DNA of 64,000 nt from a phage, in assembly GCA_036253035.1 (NCBI GenBank), contig GCA_036253035.1_4123.1. One strand, written 5' to 3'. Below, one piece after another: positions 1 to 8,980 of this stretch. The stretch's first letter is position 1. The number at the start of each line of letters is the position of its first letter. The position numbers and the translations under genes are program-made. The notes beneath the pieces were generated by a model, which saw only the letters and a program-made list of their open reading frames with translations, searched no databases and had not been told where the DNA came from.

Positions 1-598
1 ATGAACCACCACGGATAGGATGCCCACTACCACTTAAAAAGCTTTTCGGTGTAATATCAAACTCACCAAATTCAGGATCAATAATAGTTACTTTTGTTTT
101 AGTATTAATATAATTAACTTTGCTATAATCAAAATCAATGTCAGATCTCTTTTCTTTTGCTTCTTTAATAAATTGTTCTGTTGTTTTTGTTTTTTTTACA
201 ATATCGTTATTAATAGATCTAGAAGGATGTCCACAACCACTTAAAAAGTTGGTGGGTGTAATATCGAATTCACCATATTCAGGATCAATAATAGTTACTT
301 TTGTTTTAGTATTAATATAATTAACTTTGCTATAATCAAAATCAATGTCAGATCTCTTTTCTTTTGCTTCTTTAATAAATTGTTCTGTTGTTTTTTTAGA
401 TGAACCACCACGGATAGGATGCCCACTACCACTTAAAAAGTGATTGGGTGTAATATCAAACTCACCAAATTCAGGATCAATAATAGTTACTTTTGTAAAA
501 GAATTAATATAATTAACTTTACTATAATCAAAATCAATGTCAGTTCTTTTTTCTTTTGCGTCTTTAATGAATTGTTCAGTTGTTTTTTTAGCTGGCAT
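1..598 (-). CDS. tandem-repeat protein, N-terminal part (three ~65-aa repeats; gene continues past window start)
   Basis: ATG at 598 on minus strand, frame open to position 1; repeat unit FIKxAKEKRxDIDFDYSKVNYINxxTKVTIIDPEFGEFDITP..SGxGHP; resembles nucleic-acid-binding repeat modules found with phage homing endonucleases, Cys mostly lost. Confidence 0.55.
   Translation of the reverse strand, partial: MPAKKTTEQFIKDAKEKRTDIDFDYSKVNYINSFTKVTIIDPEFGEFDITPNHFLSGSGHPIRGGSSKKTTEQFIKEAKEKRSDIDFDYSKVNYINTKTKVTIIDPEYGEFDITPTNFLSGCGHPSRSINNDIVKKTKTTEQFIKEAKEKRSDIDFDYSKVNYINTKTKVTIIDPEFGEFDITPKSFLSGSGHPIRGGS
1..598. repeat. tandem direct repeat, about 3 copies of a ~200 bp unit (coding)
   Basis: near-identical blocks starting near 1, 205 and 400 (e.g. 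ccacttaaaaag...caggatcaataatagttacttttg recurs). Confidence 0.8.
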
Positions 599-648
599 TA
601 ATTAAAAACTCCAATTTAGTACTTTAATTTCTATAAAATAATTATAGC

Positions 649-676
649 AAAAAAGGCTGACCGAAGTCAACCTTTT
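649..676 (-). terminator. rho-independent terminator (GGUUGAC-UUCG-GUCAGCC hairpin + U tract)
   Basis: plus aaaaaaGGCTGACCGAAGTCAACC; on minus strand perfect stem with one G-U pair, UUCG tetraloop, followed by U run. Confidence 0.8.
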
Positions 677-679
677 CCT

Positions 680-1156
680 TTAATAGTTATTCATTTCATC
701 TTTGATTTGTTCTTCAATTTCATTCAACATATCTTTAACGTACTGTGGACATTCAACATCAGTAAACTTATACCACGTAGGCTTCATCTGGAGCTTCTCA
801 ATCAAACGGTCACGAGACATTTTAATCTCTGACTCCGTTGGTACGTAGTCATTACAAAACTCAGCAGGGAAGCCGCTAATGTCGTTTACTTCAGTGTTTT
901 GAATCTTCATACCACGACGCAGACATTCGTTGACAATATCAATATGACGCTTCTGTAAGTACAGTAACTTGTCGTAGAAAAATGTTACATGACCTGAACC
1001 TAACAGATAAGTACTGTTAATTTTGAAATCACGTACACGCTTACGTGCTTGAACGTGTTTTTGTACAGCACCAAATACACGTGGGAGTTCACGATATTCA
1101 GCCATCAGATGTTGGTCAGCAAGTTCTTTAACGTGTACTAAGTTAATGCGTGTCAT
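680..1156 (-). CDS. denV: endonuclease V, pyrimidine-dimer DNA glycosylase
   Basis: 158 aa; [32 protein letters not shown] closely matches T4 DenV as I recall it; RBS AGAGGA. Confidence 0.85.
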   Translation of the reverse strand: MTRINLVHVKELADQHLMAEYRELPRVFGAVQKHVQARKRVRDFKINSTYLLGSGHVTFFYDKLLYLQKRHIDIVNECLRRGMKIQNTEVNDISGFPAEFCNDYVPTESEIKMSRDRLIEKLQMKPTWYKFTDVECPQYVKDMLNEIEEQIKDEMNNY

Positions 1157-1191
1157 GTATTCATCCTCTCGTTTCGATGAAATGATTATAG

Positions 1192-1217
1192 CAAAAAGGG
1201 CTGACCGAAGTCAACCC
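1192..1217 (-). terminator. rho-independent terminator, same conserved hairpin
   Basis: GGGCTGACCGAAGTCAACCC flanked by A run (plus); stop codon of 1211..1624 lies inside hairpin. Confidence 0.75.
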
Positions 1218-1624
1218 TTTTTTCTTTCAATCAAACATAGTCTACCAGAATGTACCATGCGATGGTGATTAGAACAAAGAATCATACACTTTCGAATTTC
1301 ATCTTTGATAGCATCTCGACTTTTACTGAACATAGAACTTGGTGTATGTTCTTTGGTATTAGGGTCAAGATGGTGAAAGTCTAAACATTCTGGATACTTC
1401 ATCATACAAATACTACAACCATAAAATGATTTAACTCTGGTCATGAAATCTTTATTTTTTCTTTTGATTTCTTCAAGTTTTTTGACATCAGTTTTTTTAT
1501 TTCTGGTTTTCTTACTGGTAATATTACTACAACCTTTGCATGTATTTCTATGTTTCCCAGTATCTTTTCTTATACCAAATTCACTAATGTCTTTTTCAAT
1601 ATTACACGTGATACACTTCTTCAT
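1211..1624 (-). CDS. HNH endonuclease with N-terminal Cys-rich zinc finger
   Basis: 137 aa; CxxC..CxxC then DFHHLDP..CSNHHRMVH (HNH-type His/Asn pattern). Confidence 0.65.
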   Translation of the reverse strand: MKKCITCNIEKDISEFGIRKDTGKHRNTCKGCSNITSKKTRNKKTDVKKLEEIKRKNKDFMTRVKSFYGCSICMMKYPECLDFHHLDPNTKEHTPSSMFSKSRDAIKDEIRKCMILCSNHHRMVHSGRLCLIERKKG

Positions 1625-1636
1625 TGTTTAATCCAT

Positions 1637-1924
1637 TTATTCAACAATCCCCAACTTCACAATCTCATACCCGTCCAGATAGCCGTAGGAACACTCAGGT
1701 GTTTCATAAGATGAACCATCATGGATGCCCTGGCATTGACTTTTGGAATTCTCAAGCAATCGTTGTAGTACTGATACGTCATCAAGAACGTAATACAAGT
1801 TAGCATATAGGTCAGTTACAATACAGTACTCCAACATATCAAATGTATCAATCGAAATTTCAACCTTAGCAAATCGTTTCTTTTCTTTATTATACAGTGC
1901 GTACATATTAATCTCCATAATCAA
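1637..1924 (-). CDS. hypothetical protein
   Basis: minus ORF 95 aa tiled with neighbours. Confidence 0.5.
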   Translation of the reverse strand: MIMEINMYALYNKEKKRFAKVEISIDTFDMLEYCIVTDLYANLYYVLDDVSVLQRLLENSKSQCQGIHDGSSYETPECSYGYLDGYEIVKLGIVE

Positions 1925-2324
1925 GTTTAACTAACTTACCATTCAGATAACCAAAGTTTTCTGGCTTCGCATCTGAATAAAAGAAGTCAGTACTTAACTC
2001 TGAATTCAATGCTAAAGCACACAACTCCACCCAAAATAAACCCCTATGTTGAACTGGCTTACAACGTTTCTGTACAGTTACTAGTCCAGTACATGATGAC
2101 CACAAAGTAGGACAGATACCAGTATCACTACGATTGGAGTACTGCATCCACGAACGTTCATTGAGGTTAGCTATCATCCCTGTTAAGAATAGCTTCCAAC
2201 TTTTAAAGGTTGGAATCTTGATAGCATATTCCCCAATGAGGATAACAGTTCGTGTTGCACCTTTAAAATCTATATTCATATTTTTAATTAGAAGAACACA
2301 AACCAAGTCCAGAACAAATTCCAC
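1908..2324 (-). CDS. hypothetical protein
   Basis: minus ORF 138 aa. Confidence 0.5.
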   Translation of the reverse strand: MEFVLDLVCVLLIKNMNIDFKGATRTVILIGEYAIKIPTFKSWKLFLTGMIANLNERSWMQYSNRSDTGICPTLWSSCTGLVTVQKRCKPVQHRGLFWVELCALALNSELSTDFFYSDAKPENFGYLNGKLVKLDYGD

Positions 2325-2539
2325 ATTACAAATAAAGACATAGTGGTTTTATGTACGATATCAGCAGTACTGGTCCATCCTCCACCGTGTCCTATTCCAT
2401 TTATGAATAGAACTAAGAACAAGATACCATTTACTACAATAGTACATACTAAGTACACAAATACATTCCATGCAAGTCCAGGGGATACTAAAGTAAATGG
2501 TAAAACTATTAGTAGTATTAGAACTAATAATATTTTCAT
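2288..2539 (-). CDS. small membrane protein
   Basis: 83 aa, two hydrophobic helices (ILLVLILLIVLPF.., GILFLVLFINGIG). Confidence 0.5.
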   Translation of the reverse strand: MKILLVLILLIVLPFTLVSPGLAWNVFVYLVCTIVVNGILFLVLFINGIGHGGGWTSTADIVHKTTMSLFVMWNLFWTWFVFF

Positions 2540-2578
2540 TTATCGCCTCACTTAATTAACGTGACATATCACGTAATA

Positions 2579-2755
2579 TTAGTACGAATCAGATTCCCAG
2601 TACTCGATTGCTTCTTTCAGCAATTCTTTAGCACGTTGTTTTGCAATGCGAGCGGGAAACTGATATGTGTACATTAACTGACGCTTCACTTCATTCAGTG
2701 AAAGCTGTTCATGGTACAGTGCATCCATCAGTCGATTACGAGTACGTAGTTTCAT
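2579..2755 (-). CDS. small hypothetical protein (58 aa), not in ORF track
   Basis: MKLRTRNRLMDALYHEQLSLNEVKRQ..; RBS AAGGA 6 nt upstream of ATG. Confidence 0.45.
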   Translation of the reverse strand: MKLRTRNRLMDALYHEQLSLNEVKRQLMYTYQFPARIAKQRAKELLKEAIEYWESDSY

Positions 2756-2766
2756 ATAAGTTATCC

Positions 2767-3321
2767 TTATTTCAAAGAATCATAGTAAGCAGTGTCAAAG
2801 ATTGGAGTCATAATAACATAGTCAATACGGTCAATGTAAGTTGAACTCCACATTTCTGGTTTGTCATATAACTGACGCTCGCGTTCATTCATACGAGTCA
2901 GTACTTCTTCCAATTTACTACGTGAATCCATCAATGTATTACTCGAACCATAAGTGAAGTACTCAGTCCAATGATATTCATATTCAGTACTGATAGATTG
3001 AATAGTACCATCTTTGAAATGAGCTAAGGCATAACCTTTCTCTACAAAGTTATCAGGTGGAAGAACACCATCTGGATTAGTTTTCAAGGCTTGTGCTAAC
3101 TTTTCTTTAATTTCAGTTAACGTGCATACTGAACGAATGTTCTTCAGGTTTGATACTTGAAAATCACTGTACTTTCCAAAGAAAAAGACACGCCAATCTT
3201 TAGGTTCATTATCAGATACGGTAGCATTAGGATGATGGGCGAGTAAACGAAGAAGGCCAGCTTTATGACCGTTAATGTAGATTTCATGGATGTGGTTAGC
3301 AGTTTTCTTAAAAGTAATCAT
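2767..3321 (-). CDS. hypothetical protein
   Basis: minus ORF 184 aa. Confidence 0.6.
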   Translation of the reverse strand: MITFKKTANHIHEIYINGHKAGLLRLLAHHPNATVSDNEPKDWRVFFFGKYSDFQVSNLKNIRSVCTLTEIKEKLAQALKTNPDGVLPPDNFVEKGYALAHFKDGTIQSISTEYEYHWTEYFTYGSSNTLMDSRSKLEEVLTRMNERERQLYDKPEMWSSTYIDRIDYVIMTPIFDTAYYDSLK

Positions 3322-3369
3322 GGTAGTTCCTCGATTGTAGGGATGAGAAGTTCATCCCCCTTGATAAGC

Positions 3370-3397
3370 ATTATACAGTACTGAATGTGTTTGTCAA
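3370..3397 (-). promoter_or_regulatory. sigma-70-type promoter (TTGACA-16-TATAAT)
   Basis: minus strand GTTGACAaacacattcagtactgTATAATG; spacer contains CAGTACTG. Confidence 0.65.
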
Positions 3398-3398
3398 C

Positions 3399-3794
3399 TC
3401 AAAATAAATTCATTTCATGTGCGTATTGTGGTTCAAGATAAGATAAGTTTTTGAAACTGTCTTTCAATTCCGCAGCATCTACGTACACAGTACCAGGTAC
3501 ATTCCCCATAGTGAAGCCAACCCAAACAGTCATGTTTCCAGTTCCTAAGCGGGGCATTGATAGCGTCCCATCAGGTGAAACATCAAACGCTACACTAAAG
3601 TCATCCGTTACAACTTCCGAACCATTTTCCAGAATAATACAACCACGTTCTTTAAGCTTCTGAATGTGGATAGCAGCCTCTACAGCACGTTTAAAGTTAT
3701 AGTAAGACTCTTTATCCTCAAACATAGATTGTTTAACCAGACGCTTGTTTAGCTCGGTTACTTTGTACATTTGTCGCATTATTTCAACACCCAT
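3399..3794 (-). CDS. hypothetical protein
   Basis: minus ORF 131 aa. Confidence 0.55.
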   Translation of the reverse strand: MGVEIMRQMYKVTELNKRLVKQSMFEDKESYYNFKRAVEAAIHIQKLKERGCIILENGSEVVTDDFSVAFDVSPDGTLSMPRLGTGNMTVWVGFTMGNVPGTVYVDAAELKDSFKNLSYLEPQYAHEMNLF

Positions 3795-4033
3795 AGTGGT
3801 AGGATTTCATATGAACCTGGAGGTGCTGGATTGATAATCTCAGGGTATTCAGTACTGTTAGGATTACCACCAGCATTGAACTCAGCAAGTAATAATTCGA
3901 GTTCATTCCTATCATGTACAACAAACACGCAATATCCAGTTCCTTCTTCAAGAACTGTAGTTGACCCCGCACAATCCCATACGGTATCAATACATAATAA
4001 TTCTTTAGTGTTTTTATTACGCAACGCAAACAT
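3779..4033 (-). CDS. hypothetical protein
   Basis: 84 aa; strong RBS AGGAGA before ATG; preferred over alternate-frame ORF 3784..4086. Confidence 0.55.
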   Translation of the reverse strand: MFALRNKNTKELLCIDTVWDCAGSTTVLEEGTGYCVFVVHDRNELELLLAEFNAGGNPNSTEYPEIINPAPPGSYEILPLWVLK

Positions 4034-4042
4034 ATATGTCTC

Positions 4043-4387
4043 CTATCGATTCGGCATATTCGTTCGTAGTCGCAAGAGAAATTCAACCACTGACCATGTT
4101 GTAATGAAGGCTATATAAGTTGCAAGGAATCCAGTAAGAATAAATGCAACCAGCGTACTACCATTTGGGGAATCAGTTTTAATGCCGATGACACCATCGG
4201 CTACAGTGAAACATGTAGCCATTAATGTGTAACCTACGTACAACACAAAGAAAAACTCATTCTCCATTGAAGGATAGAAACGGTTAAACACTTTATAAAA
4301 TTTAAAGTACAGTAGGATTATACCAACAAAGGCATAGAATGTAAACAGTGTTGTTATAATATATGAGATTAGGTTCAAATTATACAT
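4043..4387 (-). CDS. membrane protein, paralog 1 of 3 (4 predicted TM)
   Basis: ATG at 4387 with GGAG RBS (track ORF starts 4411 at GTG); motifs F(K/R)Y.(V/T)L..R.YP and C-terminal R..NxPE(R/K) shared with next two genes. Confidence 0.6.
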   Translation of the reverse strand: MYNLNLISYIITTLFTFYAFVGIILLYFKFYKVFNRFYPSMENEFFFVLYVGYTLMATCFTVADGVIGIKTDSPNGSTLVAFILTGFLATYIAFITTWSVVEFLLRLRTNMPNR

Positions 4388-4388
4388 A

Positions 4389-4730
4389 TCAACGCTCCGG
4401 TAGATTATCACGTAATGTTTTAATTCGATGATACATTTTCATACCAATATTACCAAAGATACCATATCCAAGTACTAAAATGTATGCAATAAGCATAGTA
4501 ATAATTACTATAGTACCAAAACTATAATGTACACTACTGATACCCATTGTAGTTTCAACGATTATTTGAGAAACTGAAAGAATCAAAAGTACAACTACAA
4601 TTGGATGATTTGGGTACATTCGGTTGAACAACGTTTTGTACTTAAAGAAGCACAGTACTCCACCGAATAAGAAGTAAACAATGTAAATGCAAGCAACAGC
4701 ATAGGCAAACATGTTAGTGTAATAAATCAT
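4389..4730 (-). CDS. membrane protein, paralog 2 of 3
   Basis: 113 aa, hydrophobic, shared motifs as above. Confidence 0.6.
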   Translation of the reverse strand: MIYYTNMFAYAVACIYIVYFLFGGVLCFFKYKTLFNRMYPNHPIVVVLLILSVSQIIVETTMGISSVHYSFGTIVIITMLIAYILVLGYGIFGNIGMKMYHRIKTLRDNLPER

Positions 4731-4739
4731 TACAAATCC

Positions 4740-5078
4740 TTACTTTTCAGGGATATTAGAACGCCATATATCAATGCGATGAACTAGTCCAAAGAACAAC
4801 CATACTGGAACGGCAGCTATCATAACAACAAATGAAAACCCAGTCAAGACCGATACCAGATTTAATTCATCAGTACTATACCCACATATCAGTACTTCTA
4901 ATATTCCCCACGTACATGCACAAAACATCAAGAATGAAATTGGGGCATCATAGTAGATACGTTCATATAAAGTAGTGTATCGGAAGAATGCAATAATGTA
5001 GCAAAACATATAATACACCCAAACCAAAGATACTACATAAAATGATACTTTGTTTATTAATTCAAAATATTGTTCCAT
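4740..5078 (-). CDS. membrane protein, paralog 3 of 3
   Basis: 112 aa, hydrophobic, shared motifs as above. Confidence 0.6.
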   Translation of the reverse strand: MEQYFELINKVSFYVVSLVWVYYMFCYIIAFFRYTTLYERIYYDAPISFLMFCACTWGILEVLICGYSTDELNLVSVLTGFSFVVMIAAVPVWLFFGLVHRIDIWRSNIPEK

Positions 5079-5080
5079 TT

Positions 5081-5362
5081 TTACCCCAATATATATTCAG
5101 AGAGTAATGTATTAGCTTCATCTTTGTTCTTAAGGTAATACATGTAATATAGATTCGGTTCACCATCTTTAGCACTCAAATCGAAGTACTTTAAACTATG
5201 TACTTTCATAGTAAAAACAAATAATGGCTTAAAACCAATCTCACCGTACTTAATAAACAGTTCATCCAAATGAATGTAACTTTTTGATTTGGATAATTCT
5301 TTAACGTCTGCATCAATTTCAGATAAAAGATGCTTACCTATTAAGTTTTCAAATGAACGCAT
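5081..5362 (-). CDS. hypothetical protein
   Basis: minus ORF 93 aa. Confidence 0.5.
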   Translation of the reverse strand: MRSFENLIGKHLLSEIDADVKELSKSKSYIHLDELFIKYGEIGFKPLFVFTMKVHSLKYFDLSAKDGEPNLYYMYYLKNKDEANTLLSEYILG

Positions 5363-5423
5363 GATTTTATCCTTTACCGCAATTTTTATGGTTTATTAAG
5401 AATACACCAGAACATCAGTTCTG

Positions 5424-6065
5424 TCAATAAAAAACTGGATCTTCTTCAGTAACTGGTATTTCTCTACGTACATCACACGAAAGAGGATCAGTAATGAATA
5501 CATTGCCATCTTTATCCATCATGACATTACTGGAATGAATGTCTGGTACAAAACGCCCGTGAAACTCTTTCATGATGTTAGCAGCGACCGTCGCAATAGC
5601 AATCTCTTCAGAATTTCCACGCATATCATTCACTGAAGTAGCGTACTGACCAGCATGTGCATACGAATACAAATCACCAATTTTAGTACTAACAAAGTCA
5701 TCATAATTATTTTTTTGTTTAATTATAGGATAGTACTTGTCCATCTCATACCATCCAAAGTTTCCTTGTTCGTTGGCACTGTAGATCACTGGAAGAAACT
5801 TGGTTCCTGCGTTTTCAATGCAGTACTTTGCATAAGCACGAAAACCATCCCAGCGTGAAGTGGTTACTTTAAATGCACGTCCAGGATAGTTTTTATGTTC
5901 AACTACTACAGAGTACATCCCCATTCCAAGCAAAGTAAGTCCAGCAGCTTTAACTTGTGGAAAGATTACGCGTTCAGCATAAGGAATATCAAACTCCATC
6001 GCACAACGAGTTTTTGATGGACGCAAAATGTCAATTAAAGTTTTGAATATTTCTTGCTTAGTCAT
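5424..6065 (-). CDS. protein-kinase-like fold protein (putative Ser/Thr kinase)
   Basis: Gly-rich loop LGMGMYSVV, AFKV lysine motif, catalytic-loop-like DIHSSNVMMD, ITD; probable start ATG 6065 with AGGA RBS (track start 6098). Confidence 0.5.
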   Translation of the reverse strand: MTKQEIFKTLIDILRPSKTRCAMEFDIPYAERVIFPQVKAAGLTLLGMGMYSVVVEHKNYPGRAFKVTTSRWDGFRAYAKYCIENAGTKFLPVIYSANEQGNFGWYEMDKYYPIIKQKNNYDDFVSTKIGDLYSYAHAGQYATSVNDMRGNSEEIAIATVAANIMKEFHGRFVPDIHSSNVMMDKDGNVFITDPLSCDVRREIPVTEEDPVFY

Positions 6066-6101
6066 TACTTTATCCTCTGTAGTTAATATCAACATCATAA
6101 C

Positions 6102-6126
6102 AAAAAAGGCTGACCGAAGTCAACCC
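6102..6126 (-). terminator. rho-independent terminator, conserved UUCG hairpin
   Basis: aaaaaaGGCTGACCGAAGTCAACC. Confidence 0.8.
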
Positions 6127-6134
6127 TTTTATTA

Positions 6135-6554
6135 TCATTTACAGTTTTCTATAACTATTGCACGTTTTAGTATTTTACTTTCATAAACATACTTAAGATG
6201 ACCTTCTTCACGAATACGATTGAACACATATCCTAGTTTATCTTTTAGTACTGAAGCGGTATCAATGTCAAGATTAACTTCAACCCCTCCTGTTAATTTA
6301 ACTTTATATGTAAAGCTAAAAGCATCACCAGATTCAACCAATGGGACTACTTGTTCATACGTATTCAACATAACTCGTTCATCATTAACTAAATTATATA
6401 TTACAATATCACAAGTTTTTACCCCAATTTCCTCTAAGGTAGGAGCATTGTCTACTATAACATCTTTTACTGTATTAGCAACCTGTTTAGCATCTGCTGC
6501 ATATACATTAAAACTAAGAAGTACTAAAATAATACTTAAAAAAATCTTTTTCAT
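6135..6554 (-). CDS. secreted protein (signal peptide)
   Basis: 139 aa; MKKIFLSIILVLLSFNVYA|AD. Confidence 0.6.
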   Translation of the reverse strand: MKKIFLSIILVLLSFNVYAADAKQVANTVKDVIVDNAPTLEEIGVKTCDIVIYNLVNDERVMLNTYEQVVPLVESGDAFSFTYKVKLTGGVEVNLDIDTASVLKDKLGYVFNRIREEGHLKYVYESKILKRAIVIENCK

Positions 6555-6563
6555 TATATATCC

Positions 6564-6887
6564 TTATTTTATTTTACACGTCATATCGGGTTGTGCTGGT
6601 TTATTATTTTTAAAAGGATTAGGTTTTTTATCTTTCTTTTTATCTTTTAATGGTTTTTTGTCTTCTTTTTTATCTTTGTCTTTTTTATTGGTATCAGATT
6701 CAGTTGGAGTATTACATTGTGCTGGTGATGGGTTTGTTGGGTTACAGCTATTGTCTGGTGGGAGTTTTACTTCTTTACAATTGTAAAATAGTAAACTTTT
6801 ATTTGTGGTTAAATTATGAAAACGATAATTTATTTCATTATTATAATAAATTTTTTTAGTACTTTCAATGTCATTACACATTGCCAC
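6564..6887 (-). CDS. hypothetical Lys/Asp-rich low-complexity protein
   Basis: 107 aa, KDKDKKEDKKP repeats. Confidence 0.4.
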   Translation of the reverse strand: MAMCNDIESTKKIYYNNEINYRFHNLTTNKSLLFYNCKEVKLPPDNSCNPTNPSPAQCNTPTESDTNKKDKDKKEDKKPLKDKKKDKKPNPFKNNKPAQPDMTCKIK

Positions 6888-6891
6888 GGAA

Positions 6892-7143
6892 TCACCGAAA
6901 CTCTTTTTCTATTCCGAGTACATCCGTCTTACGCTCAGATAGTATACCTGAAGTATATGAATCTTTGTTGTCAAACGCATTAAATCCAATAGTTCTGTCG
7001 GTGTCGTGTATTATTCCTTTTGTGTATGAGGTAGTATAGAACTCCCCATTTCTGAAATCCTGCCTTGCTACGGAGCAATGATAATCTGCACCATAAGCAG
7101 TACTGGAAAATAATACAATTCCAAATATAATATATTTTTTCAT
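6892..7143 (-). CDS. secreted protein (signal peptide)
   Basis: 83 aa; MKKYIIFGIVLFSSTAYGA. Confidence 0.55.
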   Translation of the reverse strand: MKKYIIFGIVLFSSTAYGADYHCSVARQDFRNGEFYTTSYTKGIIHDTDRTIGFNAFDNKDSYTSGILSERKTDVLGIEKEFR

Positions 7144-7177
7144 TGTAATCCTCTTCTTAATTCCTCTTTTGTATTTA

Positions 7178-7202
7178 CAAAAAAAGGCTGACCGAAGTCA
7201 AC
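7178..7202 (-). terminator. rho-independent terminator, conserved UUCG hairpin
   Basis: aaaaaaaGGCTGACCGAAGTCAACC. Confidence 0.8.
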
Positions 7203-7213
7203 CTTTAGTTTTA

Positions 7214-8767
7214 TCATTTACCGTATTTGCTCATGATGTCCTTTTCCCAATGAGTTACGTTACCGTTATCGTAATCTTTAAAGGAATTATCAAGAGTAGT
7301 TAATGCATATTCGTATGCTTCAGGTGATTCAATGTCAACATCATCAGCACCATTTACTAAATCAGTCCATGCTTTTTGTAGTTTACGAGCATTTTTACCA
7401 ACATTACTTTTAATCCAACTAATGTTTTTGTTGATACTCTTATTATCAGCACCAGCTTTTTTACCAATATCGGATATCCACATCATTAGCTTTTGGAGTT
7501 CATGAATGGAGTTGTCGTTCATTTCACGATCTTTAGCCAATTCTGCTTCCATGCCATCAGTATCAGTACCATCTTTAGAACCTACATCAATTCCATGTTT
7601 AGCTAATAGTTTACCAAGTTCAAAGAATGCTGCCTCAGCAGGGAAGTCATAACCTTTGTCTTTGTAGTTGTTCCATGCACTATCAAACTCATCTACAAAT
7701 CGGTTGGCATAATCTGGATTGTCCACGAGAGCTTTGTACACTGCCATTGCATGTTCAAATCCTTCTTTGTCAGAACCAAACTCTCCCATTTCTGGACGAT
7801 GAATGTAACCATCCATATCAACAGTATCAGGTAAATCATCATGAGATGTTTCAGCATCTTTCTGGTCAACTGCACCTTCTTCATCATCACGCATCAGATA
7901 ACCATCTCGTGTAACCTTCTCACCGTGATCAGCTTCATACTTTTTCATAGTATTGAATGCAGCATCCATTGCAGTTACAAAACGACTCTTTTCACCTTGT
8001 ACATAAGATTTAAGTGCATCGTTAACTGCATCAGATACTAATTTAATCTTATCGTCTTTACCTTCCAGACGGTTTTCTAACTTAGCTAGTACATTCTTAA
8101 CTTGTTGAGCATTAGCACGGTCTTCTTTACCAATACTATCAAATGTTTTAAGTACGCTTTCAAGACTTACTTCCTCTTGTGCAGGCACATCACCTTGTTG
8201 CGTACCTTCAAGTGCACGCATTATAGTACTGAATACTTCAGTTGGTTCAGTACTGGTATTTCCACTCATTGCATCAAGTACAGCTTGTGCTTTGACTTTT
8301 AATTCTTCTTTAGGTACAGATTGCAATTCTTTCACAATACCTTGGATAAGTTGTGGTTTATTAGCAAAAATCTTACCTAACTTATCAGACAATTCTTTGA
8401 CAGGGTTAACCGCCTTTGGTGCTTCTTGTTTTGGTTCTTCTTTCGCAGGAGAAGACTTTTCTTTTTCTTCACGTTCCATATCAGCTAGGCGTTGTTTTTG
8501 TGTAGCATTAAGAAGTCCCAATGAATTAACATAACGTAGCTTTTCTAGCTCAGTCATGTTCTCAGTACTCTTAACTTCACCTGCTTCTGCGTTTGCTTTA
8601 CCAGCTAGACCAGTTCCTTGGTTACGTGATCCACGTGAACCTTGACCTGCTTGATAACTATTTGGTCGGCGGTTGCGTTCACTCCATTTATCCGAGTGAC
8701 CAGCCATGTTACCACCATTTTTATCAGTAAAATTACTTGGCATTTGATTTCTCTCCATAGATTTCAT
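7214..8767 (-). CDS. large hydrophilic protein, unknown function
   Basis: 517 aa, acidic/coiled; shares KYLxSLGLL motif with 9014..9397; TATAAATA-like motif about 25 nt upstream. Confidence 0.7.
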   Translation of the reverse strand: MKSMERNQMPSNFTDKNGGNMAGHSDKWSERNRRPNSYQAGQGSRGSRNQGTGLAGKANAEAGEVKSTENMTELEKLRYVNSLGLLNATQKQRLADMEREEKEKSSPAKEEPKQEAPKAVNPVKELSDKLGKIFANKPQLIQGIVKELQSVPKEELKVKAQAVLDAMSGNTSTEPTEVFSTIMRALEGTQQGDVPAQEEVSLESVLKTFDSIGKEDRANAQQVKNVLAKLENRLEGKDDKIKLVSDAVNDALKSYVQGEKSRFVTAMDAAFNTMKKYEADHGEKVTRDGYLMRDDEEGAVDQKDAETSHDDLPDTVDMDGYIHRPEMGEFGSDKEGFEHAMAVYKALVDNPDYANRFVDEFDSAWNNYKDKGYDFPAEAAFFELGKLLAKHGIDVGSKDGTDTDGMEAELAKDREMNDNSIHELQKLMMWISDIGKKAGADNKSINKNISWIKSNVGKNARKLQKAWTDLVNGADDVDIESPEAYEYALTTLDNSFKDYDNGNVTHWEKDIMSKYGK

Positions 8768-8798
8768 TTTTTTCTCTATGTCTATATTTATAGTATAA

Positions 8799-8822
8799 AG
8801 AAAAGGCTGACCGAAGTCAACC
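8799..8822 (-). terminator. rho-independent terminator, conserved UUCG hairpin
   Basis: gaaaaGGCTGACCGAAGTCAACC. Confidence 0.75.
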
Positions 8823-8830
8823 TTATTTTG

Positions 8831-8944
8831 TTACTTAGATTGTTCTTGTGCAGGTGGATTTACTTTTTGATCCACTACATAGAATACACCACCAACCAGT
8901 ACTGCGGCGATGAGTGCAGCAACTACAAATTTCAAACCTTGCAT
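8831..8944 (-). CDS. small membrane peptide (37 aa), not in ORF track
   Basis: MQGLKFVVAALIAAVLVGGVFYVVDQK..; RBS GAGGT; bracketed by two terminators. Confidence 0.45.
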   Translation of the reverse strand: MQGLKFVVAALIAAVLVGGVFYVVDQKVNPPAQEQSK

Positions 8945-8980
8945 ATATGATACCTCAGTTATATTGAGAAGTTATGATAC

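Noticed and set aside
138-320. Plus-strand ORFs from the six-frame track lying inside minus-strand genes (e.g. 138..320, 6220..6786, 7627..7914, 50016..50411, 57748..58107)
   Set aside because: They overlap better-supported minus-strand genes antisense, lack ribosome-binding sites and have low-complexity translations; treated as shadow ORFs.
1-598. Tandem repeats considered as a possible CRISPR array (also 34357..34843)
   Set aside because: Repeat units are about 200 and 163 bp, there are no short repeat-spacer units, and both maintain open reading frames; they are coding repeats.
3784-4086. Alternate-frame ORF of 100 aa
   Set aside because: It competes with 3779..4033, which has a strong AGGAGA ribosome-binding site and a more protein-like translation.
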